This document shows, in pieces, positions 1-10,130 of a stretch of DNA of 64,000 bases. Both the position numbers and the translations under genes were made by a program. Each line of letters opens with the position of its first letter. Position 1 is the stretch's first letter. Below the pieces are notes generated by a model. That model did no database searches and was not told the origin of the DNA. It was given only the letters and a program-made list of their open reading frames with translations. Source of the stretch: Cyanobacteria bacterium J06626_4 (GTDB lineage Bacteria > Cyanobacteriota > Cyanobacteriia > Phormidesmidales > Phormidesmidaceae); contig JBCBJQ010000010.1 of assembly GCA_038523235.1 (NCBI GenBank), positions 32,001-96,000 of the forward strand. Reading direction: 5' to 3'.

Positions 1-14
1 CAGGATTTCCCTAA

Positions 15-78
15 ACCTCTCCTTGTGTTGGCGAAGCCTGCCCAAAAGGCTTAGGAGAGGTGCCGCAGGCGGTGAGGT
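15..78. repeat. REP-like dispersed palindromic repeat (CCTCTCCTT...AGGAGAGGTGCCGCAGGCGGTGAGG)
   Basis: Inverted repeat cctctcct/aggagagg; its right arm is the reverse complement of sequences at 25542 and 35131. Confidence 0.65.
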
Positions 79-424
79 TTTCTGAACTTAAAACTCCAGG
101 TCTGACTCTGAACGGGGTTTATCAACAAAATTTTCCCTGATTTAAAACCGATCGCGCTTGACCGCTGTACCGATAACAGGGCTGCGTTCGTGCGCCGATT
201 TTTAGGCGCATCCTCCTGAACGTTTGGCCCGGTGAGAACAGATCAATTTCTGGCAAGGTCTACCGCCTTGCTGCCTCTAGCTCGGTTGCATCCACCATTT
301 TGATTTCTGAAATGCCAAAGGAACGGCAGGCGATCGCCCCCGGCTCACTCACTAGCCCGCGATGCTTTTTCCCGTCTGCCTTTGGGCATCTCTCTTTGCC
401 CCTTTACGAGACAAATTCTTAATC

Positions 425-2392
425 ATGGCAAACTTTAACGTTACCCAAGCAACCGACAATGGCCTCGGCGATACCGAAGGCACCCTGAGTTGGGCCATTT
501 TGCAGGCCAACACCGATGGCGAAACGCTGAATAGCGGCGACCCCACCGGCAGCGACGACACCATCACCCTGCAAACCAACATACAGATTGATGGCGTGAT
601 GACCACCCTGCTAAACAGCAACATCGAGATCATCGGCAACGGCTTTACCATCGACGGTGACAGCAGCACCGACGCGGATACCGACGGCGACTTTCGTCCC
701 CTGTTTGTCAAATCGGGCACCGTGACCCTTAATAACCTCACAGTTACCAATGGCTTAGCAAAAGGCGGTGATGCCGGGGTGGACGGTGGCGGCGGGGCCG
801 GGATGGGGGGCGGACTCTTTATCTATGATGGCGATGTCACCCTGAATAACGTCACCTTTGACCAGAACCAAGCCGTGGGTGGTAACACTGGCGATGGCGG
901 CAACAATAGCGATTACGGCTCTGGTGGCGGCGGGATGTATGGCAATAGTAACGGTTATGGTGGCGGTGGCCTATTTGCCAGTAGTGCCGATAATGCGGGA
1001 GCCTACGGCGGCAATGGCAACTATCGGACGGGTGCGCCTAGCGACTTTGGCGGCGGTGGTGACTACAACCCCAATGGAACTGGGGGCGCTGGCGGCTTTG
1101 GCGGTGGCGGCGGTAAGGGCTACGGCGGGAATGGTGGCGCTGGCGGCTTCGGGGGTGGCGGTGGCTATGGCTATAGCTTCGGTGATGCTGATGGTGGCTT
1201 TGGCGGTTATGGCGGTGGCGGTGGCGACCGCAGCGGTGATGGTGCCATTGGCCTAGCTGGCTTTGGCGGCGGTGATGGTGACAATATTGATGGCGGCAGT
1301 GGTGCGGGCCTGGGGGGGGCCGTTTTTGTTCGCAGCGGCTCCTTAGAGATCATCAATAGCAGCTTTACCAACAACACGGCGACCGGCGGCACAGGCGGAG
1401 CCAATGACGGTCAGGGGCTGGGTGGGGCCATCTTTGCCATGCAGTCCACCACGAACGTCAATGGCAATAATCAAGGCATGCCGACGACATTGCCCACGGT
1501 CACTACGGCAGATAACGTGATCTTTTCGGGCAACACGGCGGGCGATGCCAATGGCAACACGGGGCTCAACGGCCTCGGTGCGGGGCAAGACAACAACGAC
1601 ATCTTCGGCACGATTACGCCAAATTCAGACCTGGCAGTCTTTACCTTTGAGCAGTTCGCCCAGTTCCAAGCGGTGGATAATGGCCAACTAGCAGCCAGTA
1701 ACTCCCCCTTCCTCAATCAGGAAATTGGCGGCCTGCAACTTGCCGAACTCTTTGATGAAACCGAGTATCTGGCGGAAAATGCGGACGTTGCTGGTGCTGT
1801 GGCACAGGGCATTTTTGCCACCGGCTTTGACCATTTTGTGCGCTTTGGTATTGATGAAGGCCGTAACCCCAGTGACTATTTTGACGAAGCCTTTTATCTC
1901 GAAAACAATGCCGATGTAGCGGCGGCGGTCAATGATGGCAACTTCAGCAGCGGCTTGGCCCACTATCTCAACTTCGGTCATTTCGAAAACCGTGACCCCA
2001 GTGCGTTGTTTGATGCCAGCGATTATTTGCTAAACAATCCTGATGTCGCCGCCGCTGTCGACAACGGCGCTTTAGCCAGTGGCTTTGAGCACTTTATCGA
2101 GTTTGGCGATGACGAAGGTCGGCTCTCGACTCTGCTGTTTGAAGAGACATTTTATCTGCAGCAAAACGCGGATGTGGCGGCAGCGGTGCAGGCAGGCATC
2201 TTCGACAGTGGCTTTGAGCATTTCATCAGCTTTGGCCAAAAAGAGAACCGCGACCCGTCGAATTTCTTTGATGAGGCCACTTATCTGAATGGCAATGGCG
2301 ATGTGGCAGCAGCGGTGCAGGCCGGAGCGTTCTCTAGCGGCTTTGAGCACTTCGTCCTGTTTGGTCGCACTGAAGGGCGAGTGGCAGTGTAG
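425..2392 (+). CDS. Glycine-rich putative surface/secreted protein with C-terminal FD-x-x-x-YL...HF...G..EGR repeats (paralogue 1)
   Basis: ORF 362..2392; ATG 425 (MANFNVTQA) chosen because it matches the paralogue's start; GGxGGFGGGGG core and six C-terminal repeats. Confidence 0.8.
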   Translation: MANFNVTQATDNGLGDTEGTLSWAILQANTDGETLNSGDPTGSDDTITLQTNIQIDGVMTTLLNSNIEIIGNGFTIDGDSSTDADTDGDFRPLFVKSGTVTLNNLTVTNGLAKGGDAGVDGGGGAGMGGGLFIYDGDVTLNNVTFDQNQAVGGNTGDGGNNSDYGSGGGGMYGNSNGYGGGGLFASSADNAGAYGGNGNYRTGAPSDFGGGGDYNPNGTGGAGGFGGGGGKGYGGNGGAGGFGGGGGYGYSFGDADGGFGGYGGGGGDRSGDGAIGLAGFGGGDGDNIDGGSGAGLGGAVFVRSGSLEIINSSFTNNTATGGTGGANDGQGLGGAIFAMQSTTNVNGNNQGMPTTLPTVTTADNVIFSGNTAGDANGNTGLNGLGAGQDNNDIFGTITPNSDLAVFTFEQFAQFQAVDNGQLAASNSPFLNQEIGGLQLAELFDETEYLAENADVAGAVAQGIFATGFDHFVRFGIDEGRNPSDYFDEAFYLENNADVAAAVNDGNFSSGLAHYLNFGHFENRDPSALFDASDYLLNNPDVAAAVDNGALASGFEHFIEFGDDEGRLSTLLFEETFYLQQNADVAAAVQAGIFDSGFEHFISFGQKENRDPSNFFDEATYLNGNGDVAAAVQAGAFSSGFEHFVLFGRTEGRVAV

Positions 2393-2774
2393 CCAACTGA
2401 CTTAGGGACGGTTGATTCCCTTTGGCAAGGCTGTACCTACACTCTGCTCTGTCCATATCTACCTCAGAGAATTTTCCATGATTTAAGACCAGTTGGGCGT
2501 AAACGCTGTTCTGTTACTAGTACAGCGTTTACGCGACTGCGACTTGAGATCATCACTCTTAACACTTTACCTAGTTGTTACTACAAGTTTCTGGAAAGGT
2601 TTACCGCCTGTTTGAATCTAGTTTCGTGCATTAACTATCCTGACGGCTTGAATGCAAAAGGCGCGGGTGCCCCTCACCTAGCCAGCATTGGCGATCGCCC
2701 CCGACCTGCAATGCCGTCTCCTGTTTGCATGGGTGCATCCCTCTCTAAGCCCCCTCTACAAGAGATTTTTTACT

Positions 2775-4781
2775 ATGGCAAACTTTAATGTTACTCAAGC
2801 AATTGACAATGGCCTCGGCGATACCGAAGGTACCCTGAGCTGGGCCATCTTGCAGGCCAATACCGATGGCGAAACGCTCAATAGCGGTGACCCTACAGGC
2901 AACGACGACACCATCATCCTGCAAACCGACGTACAGATTGATGGGGTGATGACCACGCTGCTGAACAGCAACATTGAGATCATCGGCAACGGCTTCACCA
3001 TCAACGGCGACAGCAGCATCGACGCTGACACCGACGGCGACTTTCGCCCCCTATTTGTGAAATCGGGCACGGTGACCCTGAGCAACCTCACCGTCACCGA
3101 CGGCTTGGCCCAAGGCGGCAGTAGCGAGCGGGGCGGCGGCGGGGCCGGCATGGGTGGCGGGCTGTTTATCTATGACGGCGATGTCACCCTCAATAACGTC
3201 ACCTTTAACAACAACGCGGCGATCGGTGGCAGCACCGGCGACTTGTATGGCGACGACGGGGGCGGTGGCCTATACGGCAATGGCAGCGGCAACGGTGGTG
3301 GCGGCCTGTTTGCCAGCTCCAGTGGTAATGATGGAGCCTACGGCGGCAACGGTAACTATGGTGGCTTTAGTGGACTCAGCAATGCAATCACTATCGGCAT
3401 CGGCAACGACATCAGCGATGGCGGCTTTGGCGGCGGCGGCGGCTTCAGCAATGACGGCGGCGACGGCGGCTTCGGCGGCGGCGGGAGCAGCAGCAGCGTA
3501 TTATTCGGGACTGGCGGTTACGGCGGCTTTGGCGGCGGTGGCGGCTTCGGTGGGGGCGACGGCGTCGGCGGCCAAGGCGGCTTCGGCGGTGGTGGAGGCG
3601 GCGGTGGCTTTGGTGGCGGCTTCGGTGGTTTCGGTGGCGGCTACGGTAGCTTTGGCAACGGCGACATTGGCGGCGGGGCAGGCGCGGGCCTAGGCGGGGC
3701 CATTTTTGTCCGCAGTGGTTCCCTGGCGATTATTAATAGCAGCTTTACCAACAATACGGCTACAGGTGGTATCGCCACCGGCGTTGGCGGCAACGGTCAG
3801 GGCTTGGGCGGGGCCATTTTTACGATTACCCCCGCAGCGCTTGTCACTAATACCAACAATCAGGGCGAGCCGAGTGCTCTGCCCACAGTCACTACGGCAG
3901 GCAATGTCCTCTTCTCCGGTAACACGGCGAGTGAGGCCAATGGCAACACCAGCCTCAACGGTGGTGGTGCGGAACAAAACAATAACGACATCTTCGGCAC
4001 GATTACGGCGAGTTCAGCATTCGCCATTTTTAGCTTTGAGCAGTTTGCCCAGTTTCAAGCGGTGGATAATGGCCAACTGGCGGCCAGTAACTCCCCCTTC
4101 CTTAATGTAGAAATTGGCGGCTTAGAACTGGCCGAACTCTTTGATGAAATCGAGTATCTGGCCCAAAATGCGGACGTCGCTGCCGCCGTTGACGGTGGGG
4201 CTTTTGCCACGGGCTTTGACCATTTTGTCCGCTTTGGCATCGATGAAGGTCGTAATCCCAGCGCCTACTTTGACGAAGCCTTTTATCTAGAAAATAATGC
4301 CGATATTCAAGCGGCGGTTGATAATGGCAGCCTCAGCAGCGGTCTAGCCCACTATCTCAACGTCGGTCACTTAGAAAATCGTGACCCCAGTGCGCTGTTT
4401 GATGCCAGCGATTATTTGCTCAACAATCCCGATGTCAGTGCGGCTGTCGACAACGGCGCTTTAGCCAGTGGCTTTGAGCACTTTATCGAGTTTGGTAATG
4501 ATGAAGGGCGGCTCTCGACCCTGCTGTTTGAAGAGGCGTTTTATCTGCAGCAAAACGCGGATGTGGCGGCAGCGGTACAGGCAGGTGTGTTTGACAGTGG
4601 GTTTGAGCATTTCATCAGCTTTGGCCAAAAAGAGAACCGTGACCCGTCGAATTTCTTTGATGAGGCCACTTATCTAAATAGCAATGGCGATGTCGCGGCA
4701 GCGGTGCAGGCGGGCGCGTTCTCTAGCGGCTTTGAGCATTTCGTCCTGTTTGGTCGCACTGAGGGGCGAGTGGCCGTTTAA
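2775..4781 (+). CDS. Glycine-rich putative surface/secreted protein (paralogue 2, tandem duplicate)
   Basis: ORF 2688..4781; ATG 2775; N- and C-terminal regions nearly identical to 425..2392. Confidence 0.8.
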   Translation: MANFNVTQAIDNGLGDTEGTLSWAILQANTDGETLNSGDPTGNDDTIILQTDVQIDGVMTTLLNSNIEIIGNGFTINGDSSIDADTDGDFRPLFVKSGTVTLSNLTVTDGLAQGGSSERGGGGAGMGGGLFIYDGDVTLNNVTFNNNAAIGGSTGDLYGDDGGGGLYGNGSGNGGGGLFASSSGNDGAYGGNGNYGGFSGLSNAITIGIGNDISDGGFGGGGGFSNDGGDGGFGGGGSSSSVLFGTGGYGGFGGGGGFGGGDGVGGQGGFGGGGGGGGFGGGFGGFGGGYGSFGNGDIGGGAGAGLGGAIFVRSGSLAIINSSFTNNTATGGIATGVGGNGQGLGGAIFTITPAALVTNTNNQGEPSALPTVTTAGNVLFSGNTASEANGNTSLNGGGAEQNNNDIFGTITASSAFAIFSFEQFAQFQAVDNGQLAASNSPFLNVEIGGLELAELFDEIEYLAQNADVAAAVDGGAFATGFDHFVRFGIDEGRNPSAYFDEAFYLENNADIQAAVDNGSLSSGLAHYLNVGHLENRDPSALFDASDYLLNNPDVSAAVDNGALASGFEHFIEFGNDEGRLSTLLFEEAFYLQQNADVAAAVQAGVFDSGFEHFISFGQKENRDPSNFFDEATYLNSNGDVAAAVQAGAFSSGFEHFVLFGRTEGRVAV

Positions 4782-4928
4782 GCAGAGCCGGGGAGTTTTG
4801 AGGGCCTAGCCCCAACATCGCATCCCGCGATCGCACGGGTTGGGCTACTAACCCCTGACCAAAAATTATCTATCGGGGAGATACTGAGACAGATCTAATA
4901 CATCTATTGATTTTAAGGATGTCGATCA

Positions 4929-5336
4929 ATGCTGAAGCAAGTCAGGCAACTGATGGCCTACGCGGTCATCGCAACTGGGGCCGGATTAGCCAATTTCACC
5001 TTGGCTAACCCAGCTAACGCCGAAGTCACGATCGCGTACTGCGACGCGGAAGCTTATGCCGTCAATGTGTATCGAGAAGGCGACCCCGAAGCACCCGATA
5101 GCGAACTCAAAATCCGCATTTTCTGGCGAGAAAAAGCGATCGTTTTCCTGGATGTTCCGGCCATCCGCGAGCCTAATCCCGAAGGCTACAACTATAGCAA
5201 TCAGTTCGGCGAAAACGAGTGGACCCTGTTTGTGCCCAACAGTGAGGCATCCGCTTGCTCTTTGTCGAGGGATGGTGAGGTGGTCACCAATGGCGAGGTG
5301 ACGCAGCGAGAACCGTCGAGTACTGGCGGAGTTTAG
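4929..5336 (+). CDS. Hypothetical exported protein
   Basis: 135 aa ORF, AAGGA RBS, signal-peptide-like N-terminus ending ANA-EV. Confidence 0.7.
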   Translation: MLKQVRQLMAYAVIATGAGLANFTLANPANAEVTIAYCDAEAYAVNVYREGDPEAPDSELKIRIFWREKAIVFLDVPAIREPNPEGYNYSNQFGENEWTLFVPNSEASACSLSRDGEVVTNGEVTQREPSSTGGV

Positions 5337-5472
5337 AAAAGTCTCGCCGGTACCGGCTTATACCTTTTGGCCAGACGGACACGTCATCATGGACAGCGAG
5401 ATCGCAATTGCGGGGCGTAATCGCGTGTCTGCTAAGTCAGTAAAATAAATACAGCCTTATGGCCTACAGATC

Positions 5473-5706
5473 ATGAACTCGACTACTAGTTTGCTTGCCC
5501 GCATAACCCAAACTCCTGGCCAATGTGGAGGTCGTCCTTGTATCCGAGGGATGCGAATTCGAGTCACTGATATTCTCGAAATGCTGGCAGAAAACGTTAG
5601 CATTACCGAAATTCTGGAAGATTTTCCCGACCTTGAGCAAGCGGATATCTAAGCTTGTTTGCTCTTTGCCGCTCGCCGCACTGATTTTCCCAGACTAGCG
5701 GCGTGA
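5473..5706 (+). pseudogene. DUF433 family antitoxin, premature stop
   Basis: MNSTTSLLARITQTPGQCGGRPCIRGMRIRVTDILEMLAENVSITEILEDFPDLEQADI*ACLLFAARR...; in-frame TAA at 5650-5652; GGRPCIRGMRI is the DUF433 motif. Confidence 0.85.
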
Positions 5707-5723
5707 AAATTTGGGTTGATGCT
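5703..5723 (+). pseudogene. 5' stub of a DUF5615 PIN-like toxin
   Basis: GTG overlaps the DUF433 stop (GTGA) and reads MKIWVDA, typical of the DUF5615 partner start; similarity ends after 7 codons. Confidence 0.55.
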
Positions 5724-5835
5724 CTACATCCGAAGGGCATTTTCTTCTTTCATCATCTGCTACGCATAAAGCGGTATCTATCAACCCAGAACAATTCTTT
5801 TCTGCAATGCCGTACCTCAATACTTGACCATAATC

Positions 5836-6990
5836 CTAATATTCCGCTAGCTTTTGTTGCTTGGGAACAATGAAGGAATTCGGACTAAAACGCCATGTCA
5901 TTCCCGAATCGACCAAGATATGAAACCAGTCTTCACCGTTAAATCGCTCCTTACGCAAAATAATTCCTGTTGTGTTGCTGGGTAAGCGTTCATTATTGAA
6001 GTGAGTTGATGGATTGACCTTGATCAGCGAACCGATATGAGGATCACAAGTCACACCATCGATGCTTTTGAGCAAAGCCTCCGATATAGCGAGAGCCCGT
6101 GCAGCTTCAAAAACGTTGATGGTGCTTGATTGGGATTTGTGTACGACGTGATTCCGAATTTCGGCAATCCTGGGTAGCCTCTTTCTTAGCTCTATTGGAA
6201 AGTTAAGGTCGCAAAGTTCGCAGGCAATCTCAACTAGGTCACGGAGTTGAGGGCTGGGCATTCTGTCTAGCATCCGCTCGACAAGAGAACTTTGGCTACT
6301 GAGATACGCCTTTATACCCGTTTCGATTGTAATTGCGGCCATGACAATCGATATGCCATACATTCCTTGCTCAAAGTTACTCCACGCAATGCTGAGATGC
6401 CTGTAAGCGATATTTGCTTCTTGTCCTTTACTCACGCTTTGAATGATATTCTCACAGTCAGCTTTACTGAGAATGCATTGCCTAGCCTCAACTTTTGGCA
6501 AGGGTATGGTTAATCCTTTATCGCGATAATTTCTGCGTGAGTTCTTGAACTCATCTATTTCTTGAATAGAGGCCAGTTCTTCTTCTGAGTAACGCCAATG
6601 GGCAACTGTCCATCTATTACTTGAATTTGAATGCAGAAGCGGAAGGCGTACACTCGGTAAACGTGCAGCGTGAGTCGATTTGCGTAAATGTCCGTCGAAA
6701 AAAATTGCTGATTCCCAGAAAGTCTTCTTCAAATCACGAAGAAAGTGGTGCGATATTGAAGTTATGTGATACCATTGAGGATTGGTGTCTGGATTGAGAC
6801 TGTGTACACCCTTGACGAGGTCCTCTCTGACGTCCTGTGGCACATCCCGTTCTATTTCTACAGAAAAACCAATAGGTGTCATGTACACCTTTGCGTGCTC
6901 ATTGAGCGGTACTACATAACGAGACTCTATGTTCTCGCGAGAAAAAAATATTCTCATCCCATAGTCAAGTTGGAGGTTGAATAGTCCCAT
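5836..6990 (-). CDS. Low-GC hypothetical protein with putative HEPN domain
   Basis: 384 aa ORF; helix AWSNFEQGMYGISIVMAAITIETGIK followed by IRNHVVH (R-x4-H); AT-rich relative to flanks. Confidence 0.65.
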   Translation of the reverse strand: MGLFNLQLDYGMRIFFSRENIESRYVVPLNEHAKVYMTPIGFSVEIERDVPQDVREDLVKGVHSLNPDTNPQWYHITSISHHFLRDLKKTFWESAIFFDGHLRKSTHAARLPSVRLPLLHSNSSNRWTVAHWRYSEEELASIQEIDEFKNSRRNYRDKGLTIPLPKVEARQCILSKADCENIIQSVSKGQEANIAYRHLSIAWSNFEQGMYGISIVMAAITIETGIKAYLSSQSSLVERMLDRMPSPQLRDLVEIACELCDLNFPIELRKRLPRIAEIRNHVVHKSQSSTINVFEAARALAISEALLKSIDGVTCDPHIGSLIKVNPSTHFNNERLPSNTTGIILRKERFNGEDWFHILVDSGMTWRFSPNSFIVPKQQKLAEY

Positions 6991-7256
6991 TGCGATCTAT
7001 TGCTTGAACAGATGTCTTTGCGATCTGCCACTATCTAAGCGTAAAACTGAATACCACCACATGATTGCCGTGGGGTTGTTTAACGATCTCTCTGCTTCTT
7101 GGCCAGAGCTGCATCGTTACGAATCGCGGCAACACGTATCCGCCAGCAGCAAGTCGCCGTAGAATAATGCCGACTGTAGGCGATTTGGCGGTGGATGGCG
7201 CTGATTTTCTCTACAGTTGGCCTGTGAACTGCATTTTTGAGACTTGAGGATTCCCT

Positions 7257-8966
7257 ATGAGCTACCGCATGGATCGCCGCGCCTATGCTGAGACTTACGG
7301 GCCGACCGTGGGCGATCGCGTGCGACTGGCCGATACCGAACTCATCATTGAAGTAGAGCAAGACTTCACGACCTATGGCGATGAGGTGAAATTTGGCGGG
7401 GGTAAGGTCATCCGTGACGGCATGGGGCAATCGCCCATCTCGCGGGAAGACGGCGCGGTGGATACCGTCATCACCAACGCCCTGATTTTGGATTGGTGGG
7501 GCATCGTCAAAGCCGATATCGGCATTAAAGAGGGCCGCATCACCAAAATCGGCAAAGCGGGCAATCCCTACATTCAAGACAATGTGGACATTATTGTCGG
7601 GCCGAGTACCGAAGCGATCGCGGGGGAGGGTCAGATCCTCACAGCAGGCGGCATTGATGCTCACATTCACTTCATTTGCCCGCAGCAGATTGAAACTGCG
7701 ATCGCCTCCGGTATCACGACCATGATTGGCGGCGGCACCGGCCCTGCTACGGGCACGAACGCCACGACCTGCACCCCCGGCCCCTGGCACATCTGGCGCA
7801 TGTATCAGGCGATCGACGCCTTTCCCCTCAACTTTGGCTTTATGGGCAAGGGCAATAGTGCGCTGCAGCCGGGACTGCGGGAGCAAGTCGAAGCCGGGGC
7901 CGTGGGCCTAAAGCTGCACGAAGACTGGGGGACGACGCCAGCGGCAATTGACACCTGCCTCAGCGTGGCCGAAGACTATGATGTGCAGGTCGCCATCCAC
8001 ACCGACACCCTGAACGAATCGGGCTTTGTCGAAGACACCATCGCCGCCTTCAAGGGCCGGACGATTCACACTTATCACACCGAAGGGGCCGGCGGCGGCC
8101 ACGCGCCAGACATCATCAAAGTATGTGGCGAGAGCAACGTGTTGCCCTCCTCCACTAACCCGACCCGCCCTTACACCACCAACACCCTCGAAGAACACCT
8201 CGACATGCTGATGGTGTGTCACCACCTCAGCCGCAGCATTCCCGAAGACGTGGCCTTTGCCGAATCTCGCATTCGCCGCGAAACCATCGCCGCTGAGGAT
8301 ATCCTCCACGATCTGGGTGCCTTCAGTATGATCTCGTCCGACTCTCAGGCGATGGGCCGGGTCGGCGAGGTAATTACCCGCACCTGGCAAACCGCTCACA
8401 AAATGAAGGTGCAGCGCGGGGCGTTATCAGAGGATAGCGATCGCCATGACAACCACCGGGCAAAACGGTATATCGCGAAGTACACCATTAACGCGGCTAT
8501 TACCCACGGTGTTTCTCACATCATTGGTTCCGTCGAAGAGGGCAAACTGGCCGATCTATGCCTGTGGAAACCGGCTTTCTTTGGAGTGAAGCCCGAAATT
8601 GTAATTAAAGGGGGCGCGATCGCCTGGGCACAAATGGGCGACCCCAATGCCAGCATCCCCACCCCCCAGCCGGTCCATATGCGACCCATGTTCGGCAGTT
8701 ATGGCGGGGCGATCGCCGCCACTAACGTCAGCTTTATGTCCAAAGCCGCCGTGGATGCCGGTATCGCAGCCCAAATTGGCCTGCAAAAACCACCCGAGGC
8801 AGTTCACACCATCCGCAGCCTTAACAAGGCTGATATGAAGCTCAACACTTATCAGCCCCACATGGAGGTCAACCCCGAAACCTACGAAGTCCGCGCCGAT
8901 GGTGAATTGCTGACCTGCGAACCGGCTGACGTGTTACCGATGGCCCAACGCTACTTCCTGTTCTAA
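7257..8966 (+). CDS. ureC: Urease subunit alpha
   Basis: [40 protein letters not shown] motifs; ends PMAQRYFLF. Confidence 0.99.
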   Translation: MSYRMDRRAYAETYGPTVGDRVRLADTELIIEVEQDFTTYGDEVKFGGGKVIRDGMGQSPISREDGAVDTVITNALILDWWGIVKADIGIKEGRITKIGKAGNPYIQDNVDIIVGPSTEAIAGEGQILTAGGIDAHIHFICPQQIETAIASGITTMIGGGTGPATGTNATTCTPGPWHIWRMYQAIDAFPLNFGFMGKGNSALQPGLREQVEAGAVGLKLHEDWGTTPAAIDTCLSVAEDYDVQVAIHTDTLNESGFVEDTIAAFKGRTIHTYHTEGAGGGHAPDIIKVCGESNVLPSSTNPTRPYTTNTLEEHLDMLMVCHHLSRSIPEDVAFAESRIRRETIAAEDILHDLGAFSMISSDSQAMGRVGEVITRTWQTAHKMKVQRGALSEDSDRHDNHRAKRYIAKYTINAAITHGVSHIIGSVEEGKLADLCLWKPAFFGVKPEIVIKGGAIAWAQMGDPNASIPTPQPVHMRPMFGSYGGAIAATNVSFMSKAAVDAGIAAQIGLQKPPEAVHTIRSLNKADMKLNTYQPHMEVNPETYEVRADGELLTCEPADVLPMAQRYFLF

Positions 8967-9089
8967 CGCCGACCTGACCAATCCAGATTTTGCCATAGCA
9001 ACCCTGCCACCTTTGAGGGCTGAAACTCATAATTGCGGTGTTGATTTCTTATAGGAACGCATCTACGTGTTCCTTAGTTCAGTCTCTGC

Positions 9090-9659
9090 ATGATGGTTTA
9101 CGCACTTCGGTTTTGGTCATCGACAAAGTTTATTGGTCGAAAGATTGGGCTGGCCCTGTCAGGTGGGCTACTGGTCGCCCTCAACTACAGTTGTATGGGC
9201 TCGGTACCCAGATCCTTCTCCGTACTTGGCGGTTCTATGGAGCCAACTCTCCAAATCGACGATAGCCTTTTGATTTCGCCAGATGTTTATAGAAATGCGG
9301 ATCCCCAGCGAGGCGATATCGTGACGTTTACGCCGCCGCCCCCCGCACTCGGGGGAGATCCGAGCAACGACGATCCTTGGATATTTCGCGTTATCGGCCT
9401 GCCAGGCGAGACCTTTGAAGTCCGTGATGGTCAGACTTTGATCAATGAAGTACCGCTGCCCGAGCCTTACATTAGCGAGCCGCCGGCATATACATTCGAG
9501 CCAGTGACGATTCCCGAAGATGCCTACATGATTTTGGGAGACAATCGCAACAATGCTTTTGACAGTACTCATTGGGGGTTTCTCCCTGAAGAAAACATTA
9601 TTGGCAGGGTGGCATTCATTTATTGGCCAGCGGGTCGATTTGGGTCAGTCTATGACTGA
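9090..9659 (+). CDS. Signal peptidase I (S26) homologue 1, catalytic Lys absent
   Basis: GSMEPTL, RGDIVTF, RVIGLPGE, GDNRNNAFDS boxes; WIFR where FIKR is expected. Confidence 0.85.
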   Translation: MMVYALRFWSSTKFIGRKIGLALSGGLLVALNYSCMGSVPRSFSVLGGSMEPTLQIDDSLLISPDVYRNADPQRGDIVTFTPPPPALGGDPSNDDPWIFRVIGLPGETFEVRDGQTLINEVPLPEPYISEPPAYTFEPVTIPEDAYMILGDNRNNAFDSTHWGFLPEENIIGRVAFIYWPAGRFGSVYD

Positions 9660-9734
9660 TGCCACAGCGACACTAGGCAGCTTGATAAAGTCCATAGATA
9701 GTCATGCCTGCAGAGAACACTGGCTCGAACTTCA
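9631..9734 (+). repeat. 104-bp direct repeat, copy 1 (peptidase 3' end plus downstream sequence)
   Basis: Matches 10672-10775 with 3 mismatches by eye. Confidence 0.9.
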
Positions 9735-9969
9735 GGTTTATGTCCCAAGCTGCCGTGGATGCGGGTATCGCCGCACAAATTGGCCTACAAAAACCGCTAG
9801 AAGCCGTTCACACCATCCGCAGCCTCAGCAAAGCCGACACGAAGCTCAACACCTATCAGCCCCACATGGAGGTCAAACCCGAAACCTACGAAGTGCGCGC
9901 TGATGGCGAACTCCTCACCTGCGAACCGGCTGACGTGTTGCGATGACCCAGCGCCACTTCCTATTCTAG
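9728..9969 (+). pseudogene. ureC: Second copy of the ureC 3' end (frameshifted fragment)
   Basis: Aligns to 8724-8966 with about 33 substitutions and a 1-nt deletion near 9940; [20 protein letters not shown]...TCEPADV. Confidence 0.92.
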
Positions 9970-10130
9970 AAGCGCTCAGTCTTTGGGAGGAGTACCGAGT
10001 CGCCTGCCGGACAGGGGCGATCGCGTTCCTCATGACCATTTAAGCGATGTCAACTTGCTTTAATGGGGAAGGGCGATCATCGGGAGTCTTTTCGAGTCGC
10101 AGCGCTGCCTTTAAAAAATCGGTACCCACA

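Noticed and set aside
7141..7200. Imperfect stem-loop upstream of ureC as a riboswitch
   Set aside because: No recognisable riboswitch consensus
7080..7886. Long antisense ORFs over ureC (likewise over gltB, gltD and others)
   Set aside because: Shadow ORFs from GC-rich codon usage of the real genes
7257..8966. ureC without ureAB or accessory genes
   Set aside because: Dispersed urease genes are known in cyanobacteria
10017..10034. gcgatcgcgttcctcatg resembles the gltD tail start
   Set aside because: Only about 9 nt match beyond the ubiquitous HIP1 and a gap is needed; chance cannot be excluded
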